Positions 1 through 9,752 of a stretch of 64,000 bases of DNA are shown piece after piece (position 1 is the stretch's first letter; each line of letters opens with the position of its first letter). Below the pieces are notes generated by a model. That model did not search any database. It was not told where the DNA came from and saw only the letters and a list, made by a program, of their open reading frames with translations. The position numbers and the translations under genes were made by a program. Source of the stretch: an uncultured delta proteobacterium (GTDB lineage Bacteria; Desulfobacterota; Binatia; Binatales; Binataceae); assembly GCA_963794325.1 (NCBI GenBank), contig CAWCDG010000007.1, positions 128,001 through 192,000 of the forward strand, in the 5' to 3' direction.

Positions 1-1118
1 TCGGCGCCGATGATTTTGAAATAACCGTGCAGCAGATCGAGAACAGGCAGGAACGCCGATGCCTTGCCATGCGAGACCGAGAACGTCTCGAGCACCATCC
101 AGCCCGACTGATTCTTCGCCTTGAACTCGAACATCAGACGCGACTTGCCGACGCCCGCCTCGGCCATGGCCGCGACGATCTGCCCGTGACCGGCTTTGGC
201 CTGCTCCGCCGCTGCTTTCATCGCGTCCATCTCGCGCTCGCGTCCGACGAACTTCGACAGCCCACGTCCCGCCGATCGTTGCAACCGGGTCCGCAGAGGT
301 CCGAGGCCCGTGACTTCGTAAACATTGACTGGATCGCTGACGCCTTTGACCTTGGTCGGGCCCAATGGCTTCAGCGCAAAGTAGCCCTCGACCAGCTTGC
401 GAGTTTGCTCGCTGATCGCGATCGAGCCGGTCGGTGCGAGCGCCTCCATCCGCGACGCGAGATTCGTCGTGTGCCCGATCGGCGTGTATTCAGTGTGCCC
501 GCCTCCGGTCGAGATCGACCGTACGACCACTTCGCCAGTGTTCACGCCGACGCGCGCTTCGATCGGCAGGTTGCCAGCCTCGCGAAGTCGCGCGGAGTAT
601 CGCGTCAGCTCATCCTGCATCCGCAGCGCCGCGTACAATGCGCGCTGCGGATGGTCTTCGTGCGCGACCGGCGCGCCGAACAGCGCGAAGATGCCGTCGC
701 CAGTAGATTGCACGATGTAGCCGTCGTAGCGGCGGACCGCGTCGATCATCAGCTTTAGCGCCGGATCGATGATCGCGCGCGCCTCTTCAGGATCGAGATC
801 CTGCTCCAACTCGGTCGATCCTTTGATATCCGCGAACAGCGCCGTGACCGTCTTGCGTTCGCCTTCGACCGCCGACACGTCCGCTTGCTCCGCTGCCACG
901 CGGACTGCTTGCGCGGCTTGAATGACAGATGGATCAACGGTTGACGGCGAGGTCAGCGATGCCGCGCACTCGTCACAGAACTTGGCGCCGGGTTTATTGG
1001 CCGCTCCGCACTTGGGACACTTTGCCGCGAAGGGCGCCGCACATTCGGTGCAGAATTTCGCACCTTCGCGATTATCAGCACCGCATTTCGTGCAACGAAT
1101 TTTTCCCCCGGCCGTCAC
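1..1118 (-). CDS. Double zinc ribbon + class III adenylate/guanylate cyclase + AAA (STAND) protein, runs off window edge (partial)
   Basis: Not in the ORF track because there is no stop in the window. Manual translation from GTG at 1118 (overlapping the upstream TAG) gives IRCTKCGADN..FCTECAAPFAAKCPKC..FCDEC..EGERKTVTALFADIKGSTELEQDLDPEEARAIIDPALKLMIDAVRRYDG..SAFLPVLDLLHGYF, a close paralog of 1118-4519. Confidence 0.9.
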   Translation of the reverse strand, partial: MTAGGKIRCTKCGADNREGAKFCTECAAPFAAKCPKCGAANKPGAKFCDECAASLTSPSTVDPSVIQAAQAVRVAAEQADVSAVEGERKTVTALFADIKGSTELEQDLDPEEARAIIDPALKLMIDAVRRYDGYIVQSTGDGIFALFGAPVAHEDHPQRALYAALRMQDELTRYSARLREAGNLPIEARVGVNTGEVVVRSISTGGGHTEYTPIGHTTNLASRMEALAPTGSIAISEQTRKLVEGYFALKPLGPTKVKGVSDPVNVYEVTGLGPLRTRLQRSAGRGLSKFVGREREMDAMKAAAEQAKAGHGQIVAAMAEAGVGKSRLMFEFKAKNQSGWMVLETFSVSHGKASAFLPVLDLLHGYFKIIGA

Positions 1119-4100
1119 TAAGTCTCCCGGAGTTCCGCAAGCAGCGCCTTGGCGTACTTCAGGTCGGCGGTGTCGAAGCCTTCGGTGAACCAGTTGTAAA
1201 TTTCGGCGAGCATGGCGCGGGCTTGGTCGCGCTTGCCTTGCGAATCGAGGAGCCGCGCGAGTGATGTCGTCGCGCGCAGTTCCCACGACTTTGCATGCTG
1301 CTTGCGCGAAATTTCGATCGCGGTGCGGAAGGATTGCTCGGCTCGCGGCGCATTCAAGGAGTCCTTGCCCAGCAGCAGTTCGCCCTTCACCCGATGCACC
1401 TCCGCCTCATGCAGCCTTTGGCCGGTGCGCTCGATGATCGGGAATGCTTCGTCGATGGTGCGAAGAGCTTCATCGAACCGTCCGATCCGGCCCAGAGCCT
1501 TGGCGATCAATACTAGAAAGTACTCGCCCAGGAGATCGGAGCCGGAGGCATTGTGCTCCGATAGGTGGCGTCGCATCCGCGCGATGCCGTCGAGGTCGCC
1601 AGCCATCGCGTCCGCAAACCCCAAGTATATTTCACAGAAAGCGCGGCGAGTTAAGCCGCCGCTTTCGGTCGATAGCGCAAGCGCTGCTTCCGCCGTCTCT
1701 CTCATTTGCTCAAGCTCGCCGCGGAGTTCAAAAATGTATTTCGCGAGGTTGTTTACCGCCTCCAAGACAGCTTTTGATCCTGATTCGTTCGCGATGGTGG
1801 TCGCCGAACCCAATCGCTCCAGCGAACGATCCGGGTAACCGAGGAACCAAATATTCCATGCCGAGATGACGCGATTTAACCCCCCACTCATCATCTCGGG
1901 AATGAACCTTTGATGCTTCGTCCCGGCGCGCCCCGGCTCCGCTGTCGAGTCTGGCTGATTCCACACGCGGTCCAAACTTTCGGCAGCGCGCTCGAACTCG
2001 CCGGAGTACATCCATGCGAGCGACAATATGAACGCCACCCTGGCGGTTTGCTCGGCAGTCCCGTTTTTCTCGGCCCGTGCAAGTAGCTCGGGGGCTTTTT
2101 CGCACGCTTTGCGGATGTCGGGACGGCTCAGGACAACCATCAAGGTTCCGGCGAGCGCCGACATGGTCTTTTCCCAGTTGATTCCGGGCCGCTCGCAAAG
2201 CTCCGCCGCGCGGGCAGACGACTGCTCGAGCTCGGGCGAGCTCCAGCCCTTGATCTCCCTCAGAGGTTGGTTGACCGCGACCCGGAGGTCCAACTCGAGC
2301 TCGGCGCGGCGGTCGTCATCGGGAAGCTTCTGCAGCTGTTCGAGCCCGCTTTCGAACAGCACGACGGCTTCGGCATTAGACCCACGATCGGAGCACTGCT
2401 GGATGGCGCGCAGACAATATTCCACCGCCTTGGCCGAATTGCCGCCGCGCGAATAGTGATGTGCCAGCTCGGCAACATGGTCATCGAGGCTCTCAGCATA
2501 AATCGATTCCAGTGCCGCGCCGATTCGCCCGTGCAACATTCGCCGGCGTTCGTTCAGGACCGAGTTGTACGCGACGTCATGCGTCAGCGCGTGCTTGAAG
2601 ATGTACTCGATGTCGCCCGATGCGGGCTGTTCGTAGATGAACTCGCCAAGCTGGAGTTCGGACAGCATCGGCTCCAACTCCAGACCACCCTTCGCCGCCA
2701 CCTTGCTCACCACCCCCAGTTTGAATTCGGTACCAATCACGGCCAGCGTCTGCAGCAGATCCTTGTGATCCGGCGTCAGCCGGTCGATGCGCGCGGCGAG
2801 AATGGCCTGCACGGTCGGGGGAATCTTGAGCTCGCTGAGCGGTTTGGTGAGCTTCACCGTTCCGTTGCGCAGCAACGCGCCCTCATCGAGCAAGACCTGC
2901 ACGGTCTCTTCCATGAAAAACGGATTGCCCTCAGTTTTTTCAGTAATGAGCTTCTTGAGCGCTGCCAGTTCTGCGCTGTCGCCGAGCAGCGCGGTCAGCA
3001 TTTCGTCGGCGCTCTCCTTGCCCAGCGGATCGAGCCGCAATTGTGTGTAGTAGGTCTTGCTGTTCCACTGATGCGAATATTCGGGCCGGTAGTTCACCAG
3101 CATCAAGATGCGCGCGGTGCCGATTGAGTCAGCCAGCAGATTCAGGAAGCCCTGCGACTCCTCGTCGACCCAGTGCAAGTCCTCAAAGATAACGATGAGG
3201 GGTTGGTTAAGCGACTCGCGCGACAGGATGCGCTTGATCGCGTCGAGCGAGCGCCGCTTTCGGATCTGCGGCTCCATTTCGGCAAGCGGACTGTTCTCGT
3301 CGCTCAGACCGAGCAGCGCATGGAGATACGGGAGCGCGTCCTCCAACGAGCGATCGAGTGTCAGGACCTTGCCGTTGATCTTCTCGCGGCGTTTGCGCTC
3401 GTCGTCATCGGAGCTGATCTCGAAGTAGCTCCACAGCAAATCGATCAGCGGCAGAAATGCCGACGCCTTGCCGTGCGAGACCGAGAACGCTTCGAGCACC
3501 ATCCAGCCCGATTGTGCGACCGCCTTGAACTCGAAAAACAACCGCGACTTGCCGGTACCCGCCTCGGCCATTGCCGCGACGATCTGCCCGCGACCAGCCT
3601 TAGCCTGCTCGGCTGCGCGCTTGAGCGCGTCCATCTCGGCCTGCCGTCCGACGAACTTCGACAACCCGCGTCCTGCCGAGCGCTGCAATCTGGTCCGCAG
3701 AGGTCCGAGGCCGATCACTTCGTACACGTTGACCGGGTCGCTAACGCCCTTCACCCTGGTCGGGCCGAGCGGCTTGAGCGAGAAGTAGCCCTCGCAGAAT
3801 TTGCGCGTCTGTTCGCTGGTTGCGATCGAGCCAGTCGGCGCGAGCGCCTGCATTCGCGACGCAAGATTGGTCGTATGCCCGATCGGCGTGTATTCAGTGT
3901 GACCGCGGCCAGTTGAGATCGAGCGCACGACCACCTCGCCGGTATTCACACCGACGCGCGCTTCGATCGGCAGGTTCCCGGCCTCGCGCAATCTCGCCGA
4001 GTATCGTTTCAGCTCTTCCTGCATGCGCAGTGCCGCATAAAGTGCGCGTTGCGGGTGATCCTCGTGCGCGACCGGCGCACCAAACAGCGCGAAAATGCCG

Positions 4101-4519
4101 TCGCCGGTGCTCTGCACGATGTATCCGTCGTAGCGGCGCACCGCGTCGATCATCAGCTTCAGCGCCGGATCGATAATCGCGCGCGCCTCTTCAGGATCGA
4201 GATCCTGTTCCAGCTCGGTCGATCCCTTGATGTCCGCGAACAGCGCGGTGACCGTCTTGCGCTCGCCCTCGAGCGCTTCGGACGCACCGCTATCGGCCGC
4301 GACCCTGATTTGCGGCTTGGCCGGCGCAGCGGCCGCGGGCGCATCGGCTTTCGCGGCGCCAATCGCGGTACCGCATTTCTTGCAAAATCGCGCTCCCGGA
4401 CTCACCGAGGCTTTGCAAGCCGGACAAATCAATTCCAGCTTCGCGCCGCATCCCTCGCAGAACGAAGCGTCAGAAGGATTATCCTGATTGCATTTCGCGC
4501 ACAGCATCCAGTTACCCAT
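1118..4519 (-). CDS. Double zinc ribbon / class III nucleotide cyclase / AAA ATPase / TPR protein
   Basis: Four CxxC pairs at the N-terminus, cyclase motifs LFADIKGST and STGDG, Walker A AEAGTGKSRL, FEDLHW, and C-terminal WELRATTSLARLL..WFTEGFDTADL. The start may be ATG 4507. Confidence 0.93.
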   Translation of the reverse strand: MGNWMLCAKCNQDNPSDASFCEGCGAKLELICPACKASVSPGARFCKKCGTAIGAAKADAPAAAAPAKPQIRVAADSGASEALEGERKTVTALFADIKGSTELEQDLDPEEARAIIDPALKLMIDAVRRYDGYIVQSTGDGIFALFGAPVAHEDHPQRALYAALRMQEELKRYSARLREAGNLPIEARVGVNTGEVVVRSISTGRGHTEYTPIGHTTNLASRMQALAPTGSIATSEQTRKFCEGYFSLKPLGPTRVKGVSDPVNVYEVIGLGPLRTRLQRSAGRGLSKFVGRQAEMDALKRAAEQAKAGRGQIVAAMAEAGTGKSRLFFEFKAVAQSGWMVLEAFSVSHGKASAFLPLIDLLWSYFEISSDDDERKRREKINGKVLTLDRSLEDALPYLHALLGLSDENSPLAEMEPQIRKRRSLDAIKRILSRESLNQPLIVIFEDLHWVDEESQGFLNLLADSIGTARILMLVNYRPEYSHQWNSKTYYTQLRLDPLGKESADEMLTALLGDSAELAALKKLITEKTEGNPFFMEETVQVLLDEGALLRNGTVKLTKPLSELKIPPTVQAILAARIDRLTPDHKDLLQTLAVIGTEFKLGVVSKVAAKGGLELEPMLSELQLGEFIYEQPASGDIEYIFKHALTHDVAYNSVLNERRRMLHGRIGAALESIYAESLDDHVAELAHHYSRGGNSAKAVEYCLRAIQQCSDRGSNAEAVVLFESGLEQLQKLPDDDRRAELELDLRVAVNQPLREIKGWSSPELEQSSARAAELCERPGINWEKTMSALAGTLMVVLSRPDIRKACEKAPELLARAEKNGTAEQTARVAFILSLAWMYSGEFERAAESLDRVWNQPDSTAEPGRAGTKHQRFIPEMMSGGLNRVISAWNIWFLGYPDRSLERLGSATTIANESGSKAVLEAVNNLAKYIFELRGELEQMRETAEAALALSTESGGLTRRAFCEIYLGFADAMAGDLDGIARMRRHLSEHNASGSDLLGEYFLVLIAKALGRIGRFDEALRTIDEAFPIIERTGQRLHEAEVHRVKGELLLGKDSLNAPRAEQSFRTAIEISRKQHAKSWELRATTSLARLLDSQGKRDQARAMLAEIYNWFTEGFDTADLKYAKALLAELRET

Positions 4520-5097
4520 TCAACTCTTCGAGCAAAGCCTTGGCGTCCTTCAAGTCGGCGGTGTCGAAGCCCGCGGTGAACCAGGCGTAGATTACCTCGA
4601 GCATCGCGCGTGCCTCATCGCGCTTGCCTTGCGATGCGAGCAGCCGCGCAAGGCTGGTGGTCGCGCGCAGTTCCAACATCTTCGCATTCATCTTTTGCGC
4701 GAGCGCGATCGCTTCGCGGAAATCGGTCTCGGCCGCTTCCGCCTGACCGATTTTCCGCCGCAGTTCGCCGCGTACAGTTAGTAGCTCGGGCCTGGCTAAA
4801 ATTTCCTGAAGGTTCGCTTCGACTGCTTGCTGGATCGTGACCAAGGCATCGACGAACATGCCATCCAATGCCTGAACCTCGGCCAGGCAGATCATACTTT
4901 CGGCAATTCTGAGCCCGTATCCTGCTTCGATCGATCCGGCCAGTCCTTGACGGATCAACGAGAGGCCATCGCGCGAACCGCCAAGTTGTATCCGCGCCCA
5001 GCCCGCGATGCTCAGGAGAGTATCTCATCGCGGTCATCCCGTGCTCTTCACAGATTGCCAGGATTGGAGTGACCGCGGCTTCGGCGCTCTTTGGATC
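4512..5097 (-). pseudogene. C-terminal TPR remnant of a third cyclase/STAND paralog (5' truncated, frameshifted)
   Basis: ORF 4512-4958 ends LELRATTSLARLL..YAWFTAGFDTADLKDAKALLEEL, like its paralogs. Homology extends upstream (DTLLSIAGWARIQLG) and, after a frameshift near 5024, to DPKSAEAAVTPILAICEEHG. Confidence 0.8.
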
Positions 5098-6444
5098 CTG
5101 GATTCGCGCGCGCACTTGCGCCTTGGTCCATTTCTCGCGCGCGAGCGTATCGGCGTGCTCGGGCGAGATGACCAACAAGATCTCGCCGGCGTTGTGCTGC
5201 TTGGGATGCCAGCATGCTTCGAGTCCCATGCCGAGACTGCCGGCCAGCGCGCGTGCCGTGCGCGAAGTCTGATCCGCAATCTGCCGCGATCCCGCCTCGA
5301 GCCCGAACACCGTCACCACGTTCTCATCTTTCTTGAAGCCGCGCTCGACATGCAGCGGCTCCCACGGACTGCGCTCCTCCCATTCGGCGAAGCAGGTCGT
5401 GAACTTGCCGATTGCGCCGAGCGTCGAGCGCTCGATATCTCCGGGCTTCGCGCCGCCGACGTTGCGCAGCACCAGCTTCAGCGCGCGCCCGATAGTCGCG
5501 TTGGAACGCGTGCCGTAGCCGAGCGCCATCATGCCCATGTTCATGTCGAGGCGATGCCGAATCGGACCGTTCACGACGATCACCGGCGTCGCACCCCAGG
5601 TCGTCGACATGATTCCGTGGATGTTGAACTCGTCGGTGCACACCGCTTCGAGCGCGGCGATCACGACCGGCAGATACTCGGGGCGGCATCCCGCCATCAC
5701 GGCGTTGACCGCGACTTTCTCGACCGTCACCGGCGCGAGGTTCGGTGGCACGATCGCAATCACGTCGCGCGGATCGCGCCGCGTACCGGTCAGCATCCAC
5801 ATCACACGCTCGGGCGTCGGCGGCACCACCGGCAATCCGTCGGTAAGCCCGCGCTCGAACATGAATTCGAATACGTCCTCTGCGTCGCCCAGCTCGATTC
5901 GACGCGCGGTCAGCTTGTCGCCGCGCGCCTCCGCTTCAAGATGCTCCGCGATTCCCGGCTCGACCGATTTGGAGCCGCACCCCGGCCGCGACTCCGGATA
6001 CGAGTTCCAATCGATAGCCGGCGGCTGCTTGCCTGATAGTCGCGACAACTCCGCGAACATCTCGCGCCAATCGTCACGCCCGAAGCCGATGAAACGTCGC
6101 AGCTCGCGGCCCTGCGCGTCGGCGAGGATGATCGTCGGCACCGTGTCGAGGTCATATTCGAACGAAACCCTGAGCGCCGAATCGTCGAGCATCGGAACTG
6201 TCAGCGCATATCGCTCGACGAGTTTCGCGTTGCCATCAGCATCCTGTCCGATCGCCCACACATCGACCGACGCTCCAAACGCGCGATGCGCCGCCTCGAT
6301 CAGCGGCATCGTCATCCCGCAGGTCGGGCAATCTTCCTTGACGAAGCAGAGCAGGGCGGACCGGGTGGACGGAAACGATCGCGAGGTTCCTGCACCGTCG
6401 CGCAACTCAAATGCCGGCAATAAGGTTTTCGTTGAGTCGTTCAT
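5098..6444 (-). pseudogene. TlpA/thioredoxin-like (CPTC) domain fused to a UGSC-associated-type domain (DGLPVVPPT family), 3' truncated by fusion to the cyclase remnant
   Basis: KEDCPTC redox motif, PGCGS, GLTDGLPVVPPTPERV, EKVAVNAVMAGCRPEY, NATIGRALKL. After KAQVRARIQ the sequence switches abruptly to cyclase TPR-like sequence. Confidence 0.7.
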
Positions 6445-7694
6445 TCCGTGGCCGGAGACGTTTCCGGAACCATCAAAAATCGATGCTGCTTCGGAGAATA
6501 AAACTCGACTGCCGCGGTTATCAACGCCTTGTCCGCGACGCCGCCGGCAATCATCACTTCGCCGTCGTTCAGTAGTGTCGCAGTATTCGTCAGCCGCGCG
6601 ACACTGGTTTGACCCACATGAGAGAACGCGTTGGTGTCCGGCAGGAAAACTTCAGCGTCGCGCATCCCGACCACAATCGGTCCCTGAATTCTAAATCCAC
6701 CGACGACCAGCACCTTGCCGTCGTCGAGCATCGTCGCAGTCGCAAGATAGTGGGGCGCACTCATGTCGCCGGTTCGAAGGAAGGCGCCCGATTCAGGATC
6801 ATAAATCTCCGCGGAGTTGAGCGGCGTCAGCGAAGCGATATTGCGAAGCCGGCTCGTCATCATTCTCCCGCTCTTGCCGCCGACGATCAGCACGCGCCCG
6901 TCGTTGAGTTTGACCGCGGCCGCGCCGACGCGATCGCTCTTCATGTGCGCGCGCACCGGATTGAAGCTGCGGGTCGCCGGATCGTAGATTTCGGCGGTGT
7001 CATACGAGATATAGCCGCCCGGCATCCCGCCGCGCCCGCCTCCCGCAATCAACACTTTGCCGGTGCCGAGTAGCGCCGCGACATGCGCGACGCGCGGCTG
7101 ATGCAGATGGCCGGTGCGGCTGAACGTCCCGCTCGAAGGATCGTAAATCTCGGCGGAGCTCAGCGTATGGATTCCATTGTCACTGCCGCCGGCAATCAGC
7201 ACGCGCCCATCGCGAAGCATCGTGGCCGTATGCCCTTCGCGCGACACCGACATCGAACCGGTCGGGCTGAAAGTGCCGGAGGCCGGGTCGTAAATTTCGG
7301 CGCTGGCCAGCTCCGAGCGAAATCCCGCGTTTTGGACGCCACCGGTCAGCAGCACGCGTCCGTCGCGCAGCATCGTGATTGTCTGTCCCGCCCGCGGCAC
7401 TGTCATCGAGCCGGTCGGCGAGAACGTTCGCGCGACAGGATCGTAAAGCTCGGCGCTCGAGAGCACGCCGCCTATTTCTCCGGTCGCGGTGCCGCCGCAA
7501 ATCAGCACGCGCCCGTCGCGGAGCCGAATCGCGGCCGCATTCGCGCGCGGGGTAGTCATCGCGAGAGCCTCGACGCGGTTGCCTTGCGGATTTTTGACAA
7601 AGGCCGGCGGCGCCTCGGTCACACCACCGCCAGCGCACGCCGTAATTCCGGCCGCAAGAAGAAACGAGAGCGCGACAAGATATCGATGATTCAC
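6441..7694 (-). CDS. Kelch-repeat (beta-propeller) lipoprotein
   Basis: Lipobox-like GITAC after a hydrophobic signal; about six repeats of L(R/N)DGRVL..GG..SAE(I/L)YDP. Confidence 0.88.
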   Translation of the reverse strand: MNHRYLVALSFLLAAGITACAGGGVTEAPPAFVKNPQGNRVEALAMTTPRANAAAIRLRDGRVLICGGTATGEIGGVLSSAELYDPVARTFSPTGSMTVPRAGQTITMLRDGRVLLTGGVQNAGFRSELASAEIYDPASGTFSPTGSMSVSREGHTATMLRDGRVLIAGGSDNGIHTLSSAEIYDPSSGTFSRTGHLHQPRVAHVAALLGTGKVLIAGGGRGGMPGGYISYDTAEIYDPATRSFNPVRAHMKSDRVGAAAVKLNDGRVLIVGGKSGRMMTSRLRNIASLTPLNSAEIYDPESGAFLRTGDMSAPHYLATATMLDDGKVLVVGGFRIQGPIVVGMRDAEVFLPDTNAFSHVGQTSVARLTNTATLLNDGEVMIAGGVADKALITAAVEFYSPKQHRFLMVPETSPATE

Positions 7695-7713
7695 AGTGAC
7701 CTCGCGCGCTGAA

Positions 7714-8328
7714 TCATAGGCCCGGCGCGTCGGGTTGGAAAGTTATTTGATCGGCGAGCGGACGCCGTGGCGAAGCGCGTTCATCGACGCACGGAGGAAC
7801 ATCAGTCCGGGGAAGACGCCGCGCTTGCGCGGTTTGGTTTGCGGTTCGAGCGCCACGGACGAGTTCGCGCACCAATCCGGGCAATTGATCCACGCTGACG
7901 CGCGACCCGATCTCTTCGAGCGCACGGAAGCGCACGACGCGCTCGCGATCGATCACGAATGACGCGGGAAACGCGATGCCGCCTTTTTCGTCGCTGTTGA
8001 GCAGGCCGTACTTTTTGACGACCTCGCGGCTGGTGTCGCAGAGCAGCGGAAACTTGAGGCCGAACTCCTGGCGGAGTGTCTCCGTGCGAGCGGCGTCGTC
8101 AACCGAGATCGCAACCAGCTCGGCGCCGGCTGCGCGAAGATCCTCGAGATGCTCGGAATAATCCGCCAACTGGCGGAGGCAAAACGGTCACCAGTGGCCC
8201 CGATAAAAAACGACGATGCACATTCCGCCGGCGACCAGGTCGTCGAGGCGGCGTATGATGCCGGTCGAGTCGGCGATCGCGAACTCGGGGGCCTTCTCGC
8301 CAATCGACGGGATGTGCCGTTCATCCAT
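7714..8328 (-). CDS. AhpC/TSA (peroxiredoxin-like, redoxin) selenoprotein with UxxC motif
   Basis: ATG at 8328 gives MDERHIPSIGEKAPEFAIADSTG..CIVVFYRGHW-TGA(8190-8188)-PFCLRQLADY..LVAISVD..FPLLCD, in frame with ORF 7714-8169. The TGA sits at the first Cys of the family motif FYRGxWCPxC. The true C-terminus may be at 7743 (frameshift). Confidence 0.85.
8162..8177 (-). promoter_or_regulatory. Bacterial SECIS-like hairpin
   Basis: mRNA reads UGA-CCGUUUUGCC-UCCGCC-AGUU-GGCGGA: a perfect 6-bp stem whose G-containing loop starts 16 nt after the UGA. Confidence 0.65.
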
Positions 8329-8462
8329 CGCTAAAACAATAGCCGCGGTCGCGAGTTAGAGGAATATTGAACCTCCGCCAAGGATCGATGTTTCGATTGA
8401 CCAGCTGCTACCCGGTTATGCTAATCGTTTCGCCCTATGAAACGCAGCTCAAGGAGAAAACG

Positions 8463-8828
8463 ATGAAAGCTTTCGCTTTAATCGCAGGTGCCGTTGCGAT
8501 GCTCGTGCTATGCGCCGCGCCATGCCGCGCACAGGATCCGGCCGTGACCGATCCGGCACACTTCAAAGTCGAGTTGAACAACGATCGCGTGCGCGTGCTG
8601 CACGTCACCGTCGAGCCGAACACCAAAGTCGACGTGCACGAAATCGGCGATGCGGTCATCGTCCCTCTGACCGACTACGATTCGACCCTGAAGCGTCCCG
8701 ATGGACAGACGTCAGTCGTCGAGCGCAAGACCGGCAAGGCCGTCTGGGTTACGCGCGGCGTCCGCGAAGTCGAGGCCGGCGCCAAGGGCGTTGATGCGCT
8801 GCTGATCGAGATCAAACACGCGCCGTAG
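8463..8828 (+). CDS. Secreted cupin-like small protein
   Basis: AAGGAG RBS, signal peptide MKAFALIAG..CRA, and QDPAVTDPAHFKVELNNDRVRVLHV cupin-like pattern. Confidence 0.75.
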   Translation: MKAFALIAGAVAMLVLCAAPCRAQDPAVTDPAHFKVELNNDRVRVLHVTVEPNTKVDVHEIGDAVIVPLTDYDSTLKRPDGQTSVVERKTGKAVWVTRGVREVEAGAKGVDALLIEIKHAP

Positions 8829-8840
8829 ATATCGTCGCCG

Positions 8841-9752
8841 TCAGTCGAGGATGAATTCGCCGCTGCCGACGATCGCGCATCGTCCGCCGATTCGGATTGC
8901 GAACGCGCCGCTGTCCTTGCGCGCGACCTCGACCCGTATTTCACTGGGCCGTCCCATCTCGACGCCTTGCTGGATCGTGAACGACCGTTTTGGTGCTGGG
9001 TTGATCAATCCGTAGGTGGCGGCGTACGCGCCGAACGGAGCCGAGGCGCCGCCGGTCGCCGGATCCTCGGCAACTCCGTCATGCGGCGCGAACATCCGCG
9101 ATCGCGGAGCGAACTCGCGGGTCTGGTTTGCGACGAACATATATGTGGCAAGCACCGGCTCACCCGGCTTGAACAGCGCCGCAAGCGCCACTGCGTTGGG
9201 CGCGCATTTCGCGAGCGCATCCAGGCTGCGAACCGGGACAAACATAAACGGATAGCCAGTCGATACACTCTGAATCGGCAGATCGTCGCGAATATCTGCC
9301 GCGGTGATCCCAAGCGCCTTCGCGATGCGCTCGCGATCATCACGCTTCGCGCCGAACTCCGCCTCCCGATGCGCCATCCATACGAAGTCAGGCTTGCCGT
9401 TGGTACTCTCGACCGTCACCGTCACCGGCCCGATCCCGAGCTGCAACGTCGCATCGACACTGGCCGAATCGAGCGCTATCTCGCCGCGACTCGCGAGCAC
9501 CCAGGTAGTGCCGACAGTCGGATGCCCAGCCATCGGCATTTCATGCTTCGGTGTGAAGATCCTCACGCGGCGAACGCTCGAAGATTCGGGAGGCATCACG
9601 AACGTCGATTCACTGAAGTTCATCTCGTGCGCCAGCTCCTGCATTTCGGTCGCGCTGAGCGGAGCCGCGTCGGTGAATACGGCGAGCTGATTACCGCCGA
9701 ACGGCTTGGAGGTGAAGACATCGACGAGGACGAACGAGGTTTTTCTGGGCAT
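8841..9752 (-). CDS. PhzF family isomerase/epimerase
   Basis: VDVFTSKPFGGNQLAV, EMNFSESTFV, RIFTP..EMPMAGHPTVG, EDPATG, QGVEMGRPS. Confidence 0.95.
   Translation of the reverse strand: MPRKTSFVLVDVFTSKPFGGNQLAVFTDAAPLSATEMQELAHEMNFSESTFVMPPESSSVRRVRIFTPKHEMPMAGHPTVGTTWVLASRGEIALDSASVDATLQLGIGPVTVTVESTNGKPDFVWMAHREAEFGAKRDDRERIAKALGITAADIRDDLPIQSVSTGYPFMFVPVRSLDALAKCAPNAVALAALFKPGEPVLATYMFVANQTREFAPRSRMFAPHDGVAEDPATGGASAPFGAYAATYGLINPAPKRSFTIQQGVEMGRPSEIRVEVARKDSGAFAIRIGGRCAIVGSGEFILD

Noticed and set aside
4615-6444. 609-aa ORF as one genuine protein
   Set aside because: Its last ~160 aa are cyclase-remnant and out-of-frame sequence created by the junction at about 5095 and the frameshift at about 5024
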